Shown in pieces: positions 38,724 to 46,708 of a stretch of 64,000 nucleotides of DNA. A model generated the notes under the pieces. It was not told where the DNA came from, did not search any database, and worked only from the letters and a program-made list of their open reading frames with translations. The stretch is taken from the NCBI RefSeq assembly GCF_947581915.1, contig NZ_CANPWG010000065.1:161181-225180 (forward strand), read 5' to 3'. Each line of letters opens with the position of its first letter. Positions within the stretch are counted from its first letter, which is position 1. The DNA comes from Candidatus Palauibacter scopulicola (GTDB taxonomy: Bacteria; Gemmatimonadota; Gemmatimonadetes; Palauibacterales; Palauibacteraceae). Both the position numbers and the translations under genes were made by a program.

Positions 38724-39566
38724 TTAGCCCCGGAAAGCCCGAACATAGCGGTCTTCCGTCGCGTGCATCTCCTCCGGAGTTCCGCTGAAGATAATCTTCC
38801 CGTCCTTCAGGAGCGCGGTCTCGGTCGCGATTCTCGCCGCGGACCGCACATCGTGGGTCACGACGACCACGCAGACATGAAGCTCCCGCCGCAGCTTCAG
38901 GATCAGTTCATCGATCCTCCGCGTCGTGATCGGATCGAGCCCGCTCGTCGGTTCGTCGAACAGGAGGATGGGGGGGCGGTGCACGATCGCCCTCGCGATG
39001 GCGACGCGCTTGCGCATACCTCCGGACAGTGCGGACGGAAGCAGCGGGAGAACCATCGTCGGGTCGAGGTCCACGAAGGACAGCACCTCCTCCACGCGGT
39101 CCCGGACTTCGTCATCTCCCAGCTTCGTATGCTCGTAGAGCGGAAAGGCCACGTTGTCGAACACGTTCAGGGAATCGAAGAGAGCCGATCCCTGGAACAC
39201 CATTCCCATCCGTTCTCGCAGCGCCAGGGCCTCCGGACGCGAAACGGCGCTGATGTCGCGTCCCTCGATGAGTACCTCGCCGCGGTCCGGGAGGAGGAGC
39301 CGGAGCATGAGGCGCAGGATCGTCGACTTCCCGACCCCCGACCCGCCGAGGATGCAGAGCGTTCCGCCCCGCGCGACGCCCAGCGAGACGCCCCGCAGCA
39401 CCTCGTGATCTCCGAACGAGAGCCACACGTCCCGCAGTTCGACGATCTCGGGCTGCGCGGATCCGCCTCCGTGGGTCTCCAGCTCGCGGCGAATCTCGTC
39501 GCGCAACTCCGCCTCGAAGGCCTCGCTTCCCGGCTCCGGCCCGCCGGCGGGCGTGCGGTCGCTCAC
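38724..39566 (-). CDS. mlaF: ABC transporter ATP-binding protein MlaF
   Basis: Walker A GGSGVGKST, signature LSGGMRKRVAIARA and Walker B ILLFDEPTSGLD. Confidence 0.85.
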   Translation of the reverse strand: MSDRTPAGGPEPGSEAFEAELRDEIRRELETHGGGSAQPEIVELRDVWLSFGDHEVLRGVSLGVARGGTLCILGGSGVGKSTILRLMLRLLLPDRGEVLIEGRDISAVSRPEALALRERMGMVFQGSALFDSLNVFDNVAFPLYEHTKLGDDEVRDRVEEVLSFVDLDPTMVLPLLPSALSGGMRKRVAIARAIVHRPPILLFDEPTSGLDPITTRRIDELILKLRRELHVCVVVVTHDVRSAARIATETALLKDGKIIFSGTPEEMHATEDRYVRAFRG

Positions 39567-39579
39567 GTCGGATCCTCGC

Positions 39580-40350
39580 TCACCATTGGAAGATGGCGAG
39601 CAGGATCTGGGTGAGGAAGTAATCCACGGCGAGGATGAGAATGGAGGACGTCACGACGGCCCGCGTCGTCGCGCGCCCGACCCCCTCCGTACCGCCCTCC
39701 GCCCTGAGACCGTGGAAACAGCTCGTGAGCGCGATGATCCCGCCGAACGCGAAGGGCTTGCCCAGTCCCTGAATCAGGTCGATGGGGACGACCGTGAACA
39801 CGAAGCCGGTCTGCGCGAGGGTTTCCCACACGGAGTTGATGTACAGCTCGGCCGTGAAGTCCAGCGTCAGCACGGCGATGAGGAGCCCGCCCAGGATGGC
39901 GATGGCATCGCCGATGATCGTGACCACGGGGAGCATCACGAGGGCGGCCAGGAAACGCGGCACCACCAGTTTCCGGATCGGGTCCACACCCATCGTCCGG
40001 AGCGCGTCGACCTGCTCCGTGACCCGCATCGCGCCCAGGGCCGCAGCCATGCCGGCCCCCGCGCGGCCGGTGACGATGAGCGCCGTGAGGACGGGTCCGA
40101 GTTCGCGGATCGTGCTCGCCCCCACCAGTCGGCCGATGTAGACCGTCGCCCCGAAACGTTCCATCTCCACGGCGGCCTGGAGAGCGAGCACCATCCCCGT
40201 GAAGAGGCCCGTCAGCATGACGATGAAGATCGAGGCGACCCCGATCGTGTCCATCTGCTGCACGAGGTCGCCGCGATAGAAGGGCCGACTCAAACAGGCC
40301 CTCGCCACGCGCACGAGAAGCCTGAAGTACGCCTCGACCGCGAAGGCCAT
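39580..40350 (-). CDS. mlaE: ABC transporter permease MlaE
   Basis: 256-aa polytopic permease (MAFAVEAYFRLL...ELGPVLTALIVTGRAG). The start was checked as CAT on the + strand at 40348-40350. The longer 39580..40905 ORF N-terminus is junk. Confidence 0.85.
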   Translation of the reverse strand: MAFAVEAYFRLLVRVARACLSRPFYRGDLVQQMDTIGVASIFIVMLTGLFTGMVLALQAAVEMERFGATVYIGRLVGASTIRELGPVLTALIVTGRAGAGMAAALGAMRVTEQVDALRTMGVDPIRKLVVPRFLAALVMLPVVTIIGDAIAILGGLLIAVLTLDFTAELYINSVWETLAQTGFVFTVVPIDLIQGLGKPFAFGGIIALTSCFHGLRAEGGTEGVGRATTRAVVTSSILILAVDYFLTQILLAIFQW

Positions 40351-40617
40351 GCGGAGTGCGGCATCGCGGGCGAGTCTTGCGGCGGAACGGCGAGCCGAGC
40401 CGTTGGGCACGATCTTTGGCGCTCTCCGGGGGATCGAAGTATGTTCGCCCGACCGCCAGAACGCGTTCGAACGCAACGACTCGCCTCCAGCGATGAGGCG
40501 TACGGGCGAGGTTACCGGCTCCCACCGATCCGATGCAAGGCAACGGCGACCCACGGGCACGCCGCGTCCTGCCCGGTGGCGGCGGCCGGTCGCCCGCCCC
40601 CGAAAGGAGCCTCGAGC

Positions 40618-41007
40618 ATGCAGACCGGACCGGTCCACACCGACCATGCACCCGCCGCCGTCGGCCCCTACTCCCAGGGGTACTGGGCCGGCGAGCTGTT
40701 CTACTCCGCAGGGCAGGTGGGGCTGGTTCCGTCCAGCGGCGAGCTGGTGGGGCCCGACGTCGTATCCCAGGCGGAGCGCGTGATGACGAACCTCGCGGCC
40801 GTGCTGGACGAGGCGGGGCTCGCCTTCGGAGATGTCGTGAAGACGACGATCTTCCTCGCGGACATGGGCGATTTCGGTGCCGTGAACGAGGTCTACGCCC
40901 GCCATTTCGAGCCCCCGTTTCCCGCGCGCTCGACGGTCGCCGTGGGTGCGCTGCCCCTGGGGGCCCGGGTCGAGATCGAGGTGATCGGGCGCGCCCGATC
41001 GGGGTGA
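40618..41007 (+). CDS. ridA: RidA/YjgF-family reactive-intermediate deaminase
   Basis: 129 aa with AVGPYSQG...AGQVGL...TTIFLADM...PARSTVAVGALP, the canonical RidA pattern. Confidence 0.85.
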   Translation: MQTGPVHTDHAPAAVGPYSQGYWAGELFYSAGQVGLVPSSGELVGPDVVSQAERVMTNLAAVLDEAGLAFGDVVKTTIFLADMGDFGAVNEVYARHFEPPFPARSTVAVGALPLGARVEIEVIGRARSG

Positions 41008-41045
41008 GATCGGTCGGACCGGAACGACGAACGATGCGGATGACC

Positions 41046-41141
41046 GGGAGCGGATGGTGACTGGTGTCGCCTGCGGTCTTCAAAACCGTTACGGGGCGTT
41101 CGCGCGTCCCGGGTGGGTTCGATTCCCACACGTTCCCGCCA
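41046..41141 (+). tRNA. selC: tRNA-Sec (selenocysteine tRNA, anticodon UCA)
   Basis: Manual fold: anticodon arm GCGGU/CUUCAAA/ACCGU with anticodon UCA (41080-41082); 6-bp D stem GGUGAC/GUCGCC with a 4-nt loop; a long extra arm (~41090-41112); T arm GUGGG-UUCGAUU-CCCAC; acceptor GGGAGCGG/ACGUUCCC, discriminator G and encoded CCA. The 6-bp D stem, long variable arm and G73-CCA are selC hallmarks. selB lies 5.3 kb upstream. Confidence 0.8.
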
Positions 41142-41292
41142 TTTTCGTCCTCGCGGCCCTTCTGACCGGCCAGGGCCTGGACCCCTCGCCGCTGTGCGGG
41201 CAGGATCCTCCGCCTCCCGCGGCCGCACCCGATTCCGCCGCGGCGGAATCGAGCCCCGCCGCCGACACGACGGGGGTCCGGCGCCCGCCCAT

Positions 41293-41650
41293 CTCCCCGC
41301 TTGGCGCCTTCGGCCGCTCCCTGATCCTTCCGGGCTGGGGACAACTGGAGGTCGGGCGCCCGGCCCGCGGCGCCTTCTACTTCGCCGCGGAGTCCGTCTT
41401 CCTGTTCATGGTCTTCAAGTCGGACGCGCGCCTCTCGGCGGCGAAGGAGGAGTTGCCGCCGAACGAAGAGCGGATATCCAACCGCACGGGGCAGCGGGAG
41501 AACTGGATCGTCCTCGCCGGATTCTTCGCCTTTCTGAGCGGTCTTGACGCCTGGGTGTCCACGCAGTTCTGGGACTTCGAGCCCTCGATCGGCCCGCCCG
41601 CCGATGGGTCTGTCGGGATCGCCCTCGGCTTCAAGGTCGATTTCCCCTAG
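41293..41650 (+). CDS. hypothetical membrane/secreted protein with LPGWGQ motif (DUF5683-like); start uncertain
   Basis: The C-terminal body (SLILPGWGQ...FYFAAESVFLFMVFKSD...) looks genuine. The ORF-track ATG at 41054 lies entirely on top of the tRNA-Sec gene, so the start is placed at TTG 41293; it could be elsewhere. Confidence 0.35.
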
Positions 41651-41657
41651 GCAGAGC

Positions 41658-42401
41658 TCAGCCTGCGCCGGGTCCCTGGTACGATTCGAGGCGGATCTCG
41701 TCCGGTGTCACGACGGCGAAGCTGTTGTGATGGAGCCAGTCACCCGAGTTGAGGTAGAACCTCCCCGGTGCGAGTTCGGTGACCTCCGGCCGGTGCGAGT
41801 GTCCGAACACGACGAGGTCCACATCCTCGTGAGCGGTCAGCACCTCGACCGCGTGCCGCGCGAGGAGCGACGCCCGGGGCGACTCGCTCCTCGCCCCCCC
41901 CGCCTGCGCCCGCCGTGTACCGCTGGCGAGCCGCGCGAGGGGGACCCCGAGGTCGGGGTGGACCCAGCGAAAGAGCCCGCGTGCCAACGGACTGCGGGCG
42001 GCCCGGCGCAGGACCCGGTAACCCCGGTCCGCGGGGCCGAGTCCATCGCCGTGCGCGATGTACGCCCGCCGCCCGGCGATGCGTCGCAGCGCCGGCTCTT
42101 CGAGGATTTCGACCCCGACCTCGTCACGGAGGAAGCTCCCCCCCCACGCGTCGTGGTTCCCGCCCATGAACAGCACCGGCATGCCGCCTTCCACGAGGTT
42201 CCGCAAGCGGGCGAGCACGTCGAGCTGCCCGCGCGGGATCACCTGCCGGTATTCGAACCAGAAGTCGAACAGGTCGCCGTTGATCAGGAGTTCGTCGCCC
42301 CAGCGCTTCGCCTCCTCGAGGAAGGCAAGAAACGCGCGCGCGTTCTCCTCGGCGACGGCCCCGAGGTGGATGTCGGACACGACGACGGTGCGTTCGGGCA
42401 T
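41658..42401 (-). CDS. metallophosphoesterase, UDP-2,3-diacylglucosamine hydrolase (LpxH)-like
   Basis: VVSDIHLG...NGDLFDFW...GGNHD...GHSH calcineurin-like motifs. Confidence 0.75.
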   Translation of the reverse strand: MPERTVVVSDIHLGAVAEENARAFLAFLEEAKRWGDELLINGDLFDFWFEYRQVIPRGQLDVLARLRNLVEGGMPVLFMGGNHDAWGGSFLRDEVGVEILEEPALRRIAGRRAYIAHGDGLGPADRGYRVLRRAARSPLARGLFRWVHPDLGVPLARLASGTRRAQAGGARSESPRASLLARHAVEVLTAHEDVDLVVFGHSHRPEVTELAPGRFYLNSGDWLHHNSFAVVTPDEIRLESYQGPGAG

Positions 42402-42485
42402 GGGGCCGAAGCTCGGCGCGCCGGGCGCGGCACGTCAAACGGTGAAAGTTCGACACCCGGTGCGTCGCGGGAGCATATTGCGGGC

Positions 42486-42929
42486 ATGGAAGGCGCAAAC
42501 GGAGTCGGAACGACGGAAGTACGCGTACGGTATGCCGAGACCGACCAGATGGGGCGTGCGCACCACCGCCACTACCTCGTCTGGTGCGAACTCGGACGCA
42601 CGACGCTCATGCGCGAGCGCGGCGTGTCGTACGCGGAACTCGAGCGCGGAGGCCTCTGGCTCCCGGTGTCCCGGGTCGAGGTCGAATACCGGATCCCGGT
42701 CGAGTACGACGAACTCATCCGCATCCACACCCGGGTGGAACGCGTCCGCAGCCGCGAGGTCGTGTTCGCCTACCGGATCGCGCGCGCCTCCGACGACGCG
42801 ACGCTCGCCCGCGCCCGCACGGCCCTCGTGTGCACCGATGCGCGGGGCCGTCCGCACCGCTTTCCGGAGGCCGTGAGGCGGCAACTGCAGACTCTGCCGG
42901 CCGTCGCCGCCCCGCCGACCGCCACATGA
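42486..42929 (+). CDS. acyl-CoA thioesterase (4HBT / YbgC-like hotdog fold)
   Basis: VRVRYAETDQMGRAHHRHYLVWCELGRT..., the 4HBT pattern; 147 aa from ATG 42486. Confidence 0.8.
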   Translation: MEGANGVGTTEVRVRYAETDQMGRAHHRHYLVWCELGRTTLMRERGVSYAELERGGLWLPVSRVEVEYRIPVEYDELIRIHTRVERVRSREVVFAYRIARASDDATLARARTALVCTDARGRPHRFPEAVRRQLQTLPAVAAPPTAT

Positions 42930-43864
42930 GCCGTGCGCCCGCGCGCCGCGTCCTGCGGCTGCTCCTCATCGTGCCCCTCACCGCGTGCGGCGGCGGTTTC
43001 GAGCGCGGGGCCCCGATGCCGGATGCGGAAGAGATCGCGCGGCGCGCGCGCGCCGACTCGGGCACGGAGCAGCCGATGCACGTCGTCTTCCGGTGGGAAT
43101 ACGCCGGCGAGAGCGGCAACTTCCGCGGCGACGGCGCGGCCCGGGTGAATCCTCCCGACCGCTTTCGTCTCGACCTCTTCTCGACGGGGGAGGGAAGCCT
43201 CCAGGCCACGCTCGTCGACGGGGTTCTGGCCACGTCGGGCGACATCGAGGGCGTCGAACTCCCCCCGACCGTCTTCCTGTACGCCATGGCGGGCGTGTTT
43301 CGCCCCGGCGACATGCCTCCCGCCGCCGGCTTCGAGATCCCCGGTTCCCGCGTCCTCGAGTTCGCGGTCGAAGAAGGCGCGACGCGGAGCTATTATCTTG
43401 AGGAGGGACGGCTCACCCGCCTCGAGGAGCGGCGAGCCGACCGCCGCGAACGCTGGATCGAACTCGAGTGGGGAAGCGACCGCAGCTGGCCCAGGGAAGC
43501 CCGATATCGGGACATCGTGGACTCGAGCGGGGTCCTTTGGGAGCTGGTGAGCGCGACGGCTCAATCACAGCCATACGACGAGGAACACTATGTCCTGCCG
43601 ATTCCGCGCCGGAGCGATGGCCGCGATCGCGATGCTCGCCGTGCTGGCCGGGTGCTACGGTTTCTCCGGCGGCGGCGGGCTGCCCAGCCACATGCGCACC
43701 GTGTGGGTCGCCCCGATCGAGAACGAGAGCACTCAGTTCGGCATCGCGGAGTCGCTGATGGACGAACTCCTCACGGCGGCGCGCCAGCGGCTGGGGCTGC
43801 GGCTCGCGTCCGAGGAGGAAGCCGACGCGGTCATCACGGCGCAGATCCGGCGCTACGCCGATGA
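42926..43864 (+). CDS. lipoprotein (LolB/DUF4292-like, tentative); C-terminal ~80 aa probably not genuine
   Basis: ATG 42926 overlaps the thioesterase stop (ATGA), followed by the lipobox LTACGGG. After ~230 aa the translation becomes Arg-rich junk and overlaps the next gene by ~250 nt (see findings). Confidence 0.45.
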   Translation: MSRAPARRVLRLLLIVPLTACGGGFERGAPMPDAEEIARRARADSGTEQPMHVVFRWEYAGESGNFRGDGAARVNPPDRFRLDLFSTGEGSLQATLVDGVLATSGDIEGVELPPTVFLYAMAGVFRPGDMPPAAGFEIPGSRVLEFAVEEGATRSYYLEEGRLTRLEERRADRRERWIELEWGSDRSWPREARYRDIVDSSGVLWELVSATAQSQPYDEEHYVLPIPRRSDGRDRDARRAGRVLRFLRRRRAAQPHAHRVGRPDREREHSVRHRGVADGRTPHGGAPAAGAAARVRGGSRRGHHGADPALRR

Positions 43865-44102
43865 GGCGGTCAACTTCGACGCGGTCGGGGGCGTGGGCGC
43901 GGACGTCTTCCAGCGTCGCGTCACCGTCAGCGTTTCCGTGGAGATCCTCGATGTGGCCGAGAACCTCATCATCTGGGGCAATCAGAGCCTGACCGGGACC
44001 GGCGAGTATGAACCCGGGGCGGAAACCGAAGACCAGGCGTTGATCGTCGCGCTGGAGAACCTCGTCCAGCAGATCGTCGACGGAGCGCAATCGCAGTGGT
44101 AG
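43617..44102 (+). CDS. lipoprotein, LptE-like (tentative)
   Basis: MAAIAMLAVLAGCYGFSGG lipobox, then RTVWVAPIENESTQFGIAESLMDELLTAARQR, resembling LptE/RlpB-family lipoproteins; ~160 aa. Confidence 0.5.
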   Translation: MAAIAMLAVLAGCYGFSGGGGLPSHMRTVWVAPIENESTQFGIAESLMDELLTAARQRLGLRLASEEEADAVITAQIRRYADEAVNFDAVGGVGADVFQRRVTVSVSVEILDVAENLIIWGNQSLTGTGEYEPGAETEDQALIVALENLVQQIVDGAQSQW

Positions 44103-44265
44103 ACTGACCGGCGTCGATCGCCGGGACGGGATCGGGCGGGAGCCTCTCGCGCCCGCGCGACCGGTTCGCCATTCTGTGGTCGACTTGTTTACACGGGCCG
44201 ATAACCTTCACTCAACGTCCGGGCGCCGACATGCCGCCAGCCGCTCGACCCGCCACCCCGAATCC

Positions 44266-44745
44266 GTGACGTACGCCGTCGGCCTCGTCGCCATCCTGGC
44301 GGCCGTATGGCTCATCTGGTCGGGGCACTTCGAAAACCCGGTCATTCTAAGTCTGGGGGCGGTGTCCATCGGGCTCGTCGTCTTCATCTCGCTCCGCATG
44401 AGGATTGTCGATGACGAGGGGGCACCGATCCAGCTCCCGCTGGGGCTGGTCCGCTATCTGCCCTGGCTGGTGATCGAGATCGTGAAGGCGAATGTCGCCG
44501 TAGCCCTGCGCATCGTGAGCCCCGGGCTGCCGATCCAGCCCCGCGTGATACGGGTGCGGGCCGGGCAGCGCACGGACATCGGTCGGGTCATCTACGCGAA
44601 CTCGATCACGCTCACGCCCGGCACCGTGACGGTCGACACGGAAGGCGATCACATCACGGTCCACGCCCTCACCCGCGAGGCGGCGGAAGGCGTGCTCTCG
44701 GGCGAGATGGACCGGCGGGTGGCGCGGGTCGAGGGGCGCGGATGA
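44266..44745 (+). CDS. mrpE: Mrp-type cation/proton antiporter subunit E
   Basis: MnhE-like, ~159 aa (LVAILAAVWLIWSG... ANSITLTPGTVTVD). Start at GTG 44266. Confidence 0.8.
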   Translation: MTYAVGLVAILAAVWLIWSGHFENPVILSLGAVSIGLVVFISLRMRIVDDEGAPIQLPLGLVRYLPWLVIEIVKANVAVALRIVSPGLPIQPRVIRVRAGQRTDIGRVIYANSITLTPGTVTVDTEGDHITVHALTREAAEGVLSGEMDRRVARVEGRG

Positions 44746-45023
44746 CCCTCGCCGCCGTGGTCGCCGCGATCATCGTCACGATGGGACTCGCTCTCGTCCG
44801 GGCCGCGAAGGGTCCCACGGTCTTCGACCGCATCCTCGCGCTGAACATGTTCGGGACGAAGACCGTGCTGCTGATCGCGGTCATCGGATTCGTGACGGGC
44901 CGGCCGGATTTTCTCGACCTCGGACTCGTCTACGCCCTCATCAACTTCATCGGCGTCATCGCGGTGCTCAGATTCTCGAAGTACGGCAATTTCGCGGACC
45001 CGGACCGGGAGAAGGCGACGTGA
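44742..45023 (+). CDS. mrpF: Mrp-type antiporter subunit F
   Basis: 93-aa three-TM protein (FDRILALNMFGTKTVLLIAV), MnhF-like; ATGA coupling. Confidence 0.8.
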   Translation: MTLAAVVAAIIVTMGLALVRAAKGPTVFDRILALNMFGTKTVLLIAVIGFVTGRPDFLDLGLVYALINFIGVIAVLRFSKYGNFADPDREKAT

Positions 45024-45343
45024 TGCCGGAGTCCGCGTTCGAGATCGTGAGCGCCGTGCTCATGCTGACGGGCGCCCTCTTCGCCGTCATCGGCGGGATC
45101 GGGGTCGTGCGCCTGCCCGACTTCTTCTGCCGCATCCACGGGGCCGGGATCACGGACACGCTCGGAGCGGGGCTCATCCTCACCGGGCTCATGTTCCTGT
45201 CGCCCGGGTGGATCGTGACCGCCAAGCTGGTTTCGATTCTCGTCTTCCTCTGGATCACGAGCCCGACATCCACGCACGCACTGGCCAATGCCGCGCTGGA
45301 GACCGGACTCCGACCGTACGTCGACGAGGCGGAGGAGGCGTGA
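45020..45343 (+). CDS. mrpG: Mrp-type antiporter subunit G
   Basis: MnhG signature GGIGVVRLPDFFCRIHGAGITDTLG. Confidence 0.8.
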   Translation: MMPESAFEIVSAVLMLTGALFAVIGGIGVVRLPDFFCRIHGAGITDTLGAGLILTGLMFLSPGWIVTAKLVSILVFLWITSPTSTHALANAALETGLRPYVDEAEEA

Positions 45344-45921
45344 TCGATCCCGTAGCCCTGGAGATCCAGGTTGCGACGGCGCTGCTCCTCACGCTGCTCT
45401 GCGCGACGGCGGTCGCGGTGCTGCGGATGCGCGGGCTGTTCGCGGCCGTGATGTTGATGGGCATTTTCAGCTTCCTCGGCGCCGGCTGGATGCTCCTGCT
45501 GGATGCTCCCGACGTCGCCCTCACCGAGGCCGCCGTCGGCGCCGGGATCTCGACGATTCTCGCGCTCGCCACTCTGGCCCTCACCACGCGCAAGGCCAAG
45601 CGGCCGGTGCGACCCGCGGTGTTGCCGCTGGCCGTGGTGACGATCACGGGCGTCGCGCTCGTGTACGGCACGCTGGACATGCCGCGGTTCGGCGACCCCG
45701 AGGCCCCGGCCAGCAACTATCCGCTGCCCTCGTACGTCGAGCGGACGGACCACGACATCCACATCCCGAACGTCGTCACCGCCGTGCTTGGCAGCTACCG
45801 CGGCTACGACACGCTCGGAGAAACGGTCGTCATCTTCACCGCCGGCATCGCGGTGCTCGTTCTCCTCCGCGGAAGCCGCAAACGCCGGCCCGCGGCGGAC
45901 GGCGGGGAGGACGACGCGTGA
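45340..45921 (+). CDS. MrpA C-terminal-domain-like membrane protein (MnhB-like/DUF4040; MbhD-equivalent)
   Basis: Polytopic ~193-aa protein in the position that the MrpA C-terminal (MrpB-like) domain occupies in Mbh/Mbx-type clusters. GTGA coupling to mrpG. Confidence 0.6.
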   Translation: MIDPVALEIQVATALLLTLLCATAVAVLRMRGLFAAVMLMGIFSFLGAGWMLLLDAPDVALTEAAVGAGISTILALATLALTTRKAKRPVRPAVLPLAVVTITGVALVYGTLDMPRFGDPEAPASNYPLPSYVERTDHDIHIPNVVTAVLGSYRGYDTLGETVVIFTAGIAVLVLLRGSRKRRPAADGGEDDA

Positions 45922-46340
45922 CCGATCACACCATCCTGCGCGTGGTCAGCAAGTTCCTGCTGCCGTATGTCCTCCTCTTCGCCCTGTACGTCCAGTTCCA
46001 CGGCGACTACGGACCGGGCGGAGGGTTCCAGGCCGGCGTCATCTTCGCGGCCGGGTTCGTGCTCTACGGGCTGATCTACGGACTCACGGCCGTGCGCCGC
46101 GTGGCGCCGGAGCGAGTGATCGAAATCCTGATCGCGGTCGGCGTGCTCATCTTCGCCGGCACGGGCGTTCTTACGATGCTTCGGGGCGGCAACTTCCTCG
46201 AGTACGGCGTCCTGACGCCGGCGTATCCGTCGTCGGGACAGCACTACGGGATCCTCGTCGTCGAACTCGGCGTCGGAGTGACGGTCGCCGCGGTGATCAT
46301 CGCGATCTATTCGACCTTCGCGGGACGCGGGCGCCAGTGA
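45918..46340 (+). CDS. mrpB: Mrp-type antiporter subunit B
   Basis: MnhB-like (YVQFHGDYGPGGGFQAGVIFAAGFVLYGL); 140 aa. Confidence 0.75.
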   Translation: MTDHTILRVVSKFLLPYVLLFALYVQFHGDYGPGGGFQAGVIFAAGFVLYGLIYGLTAVRRVAPERVIEILIAVGVLIFAGTGVLTMLRGGNFLEYGVLTPAYPSSGQHYGILVVELGVGVTVAAVIIAIYSTFAGRGRQ

Positions 46341-46708
46341 TCGAGTCCATCTTCGACTCCGCGCTCGGACTGTACAACTACTGGGTCGTCATCTTCCTGA
46401 TGATGACGGGGTTCTACATCGTCATCTCGCGCGGGAACCTCATCAAGAAGGTCATCGGACTCAACATCTTCCAGGTCTCGGTCTTCCTCTTCTACATCAC
46501 CGTCGGAAAGGTCAGCGGAGGCACGGCACCGATCACGGCCGAGGGGTTCGAGGTCTACAGCAACCCGCTCCCCAGCGTCCTCATCCTGACCGCGATCGTC
46601 GTGGGCGTCGCGACGACCTCCGTCGCCCTCTCGCTCGTCGTCCGCATCCGTGAAGCGTACGAGACGATCGAGGAGGACGAGATCTACGCGCAGGACGACC
46701 CCCGATGA
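46337..46708 (+). CDS. mrpC: Mrp-type antiporter subunit C (NuoK-like)
   Basis: NuoK/MnhC-like three-TM protein (VIGLNIFQVSVFLFYITVG); 123 aa. Confidence 0.8.
   Translation: MIESIFDSALGLYNYWVVIFLMMTGFYIVISRGNLIKKVIGLNIFQVSVFLFYITVGKVSGGTAPITAEGFEVYSNPLPSVLILTAIVVGVATTSVALSLVVRIREAYETIEEDEIYAQDDPR

Noticed and set aside
41113-41131. Second GGTTCGATTCC T-loop-like motif 4 kb from the tmRNA T-loop, initially suspected to be a duplicated tRNA/tmRNA 3' fragment marking an integrated-element att site.
   Set aside because: It turns out to be the T arm of a complete tRNA-Sec. The flanks are not similar to the tmRNA 3' end beyond the loop, and no integrase or other mobile genes lie between the two RNAs.
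41054-41292. ORF-track start (ATG 41054, MVTGVACGLQNRYGAF...) for the LPGWGQ-motif protein. This includes a signal-peptide-like stretch IFVLAALLTG that begins exactly at the tRNA-Sec 3' end.
   Set aside because: The first 88 nt of this reading frame are the tRNA-Sec gene itself on the same strand. A protein-coding start inside a tRNA is implausible, so the true start must be downstream (TTG 41293 proposed, uncertain).
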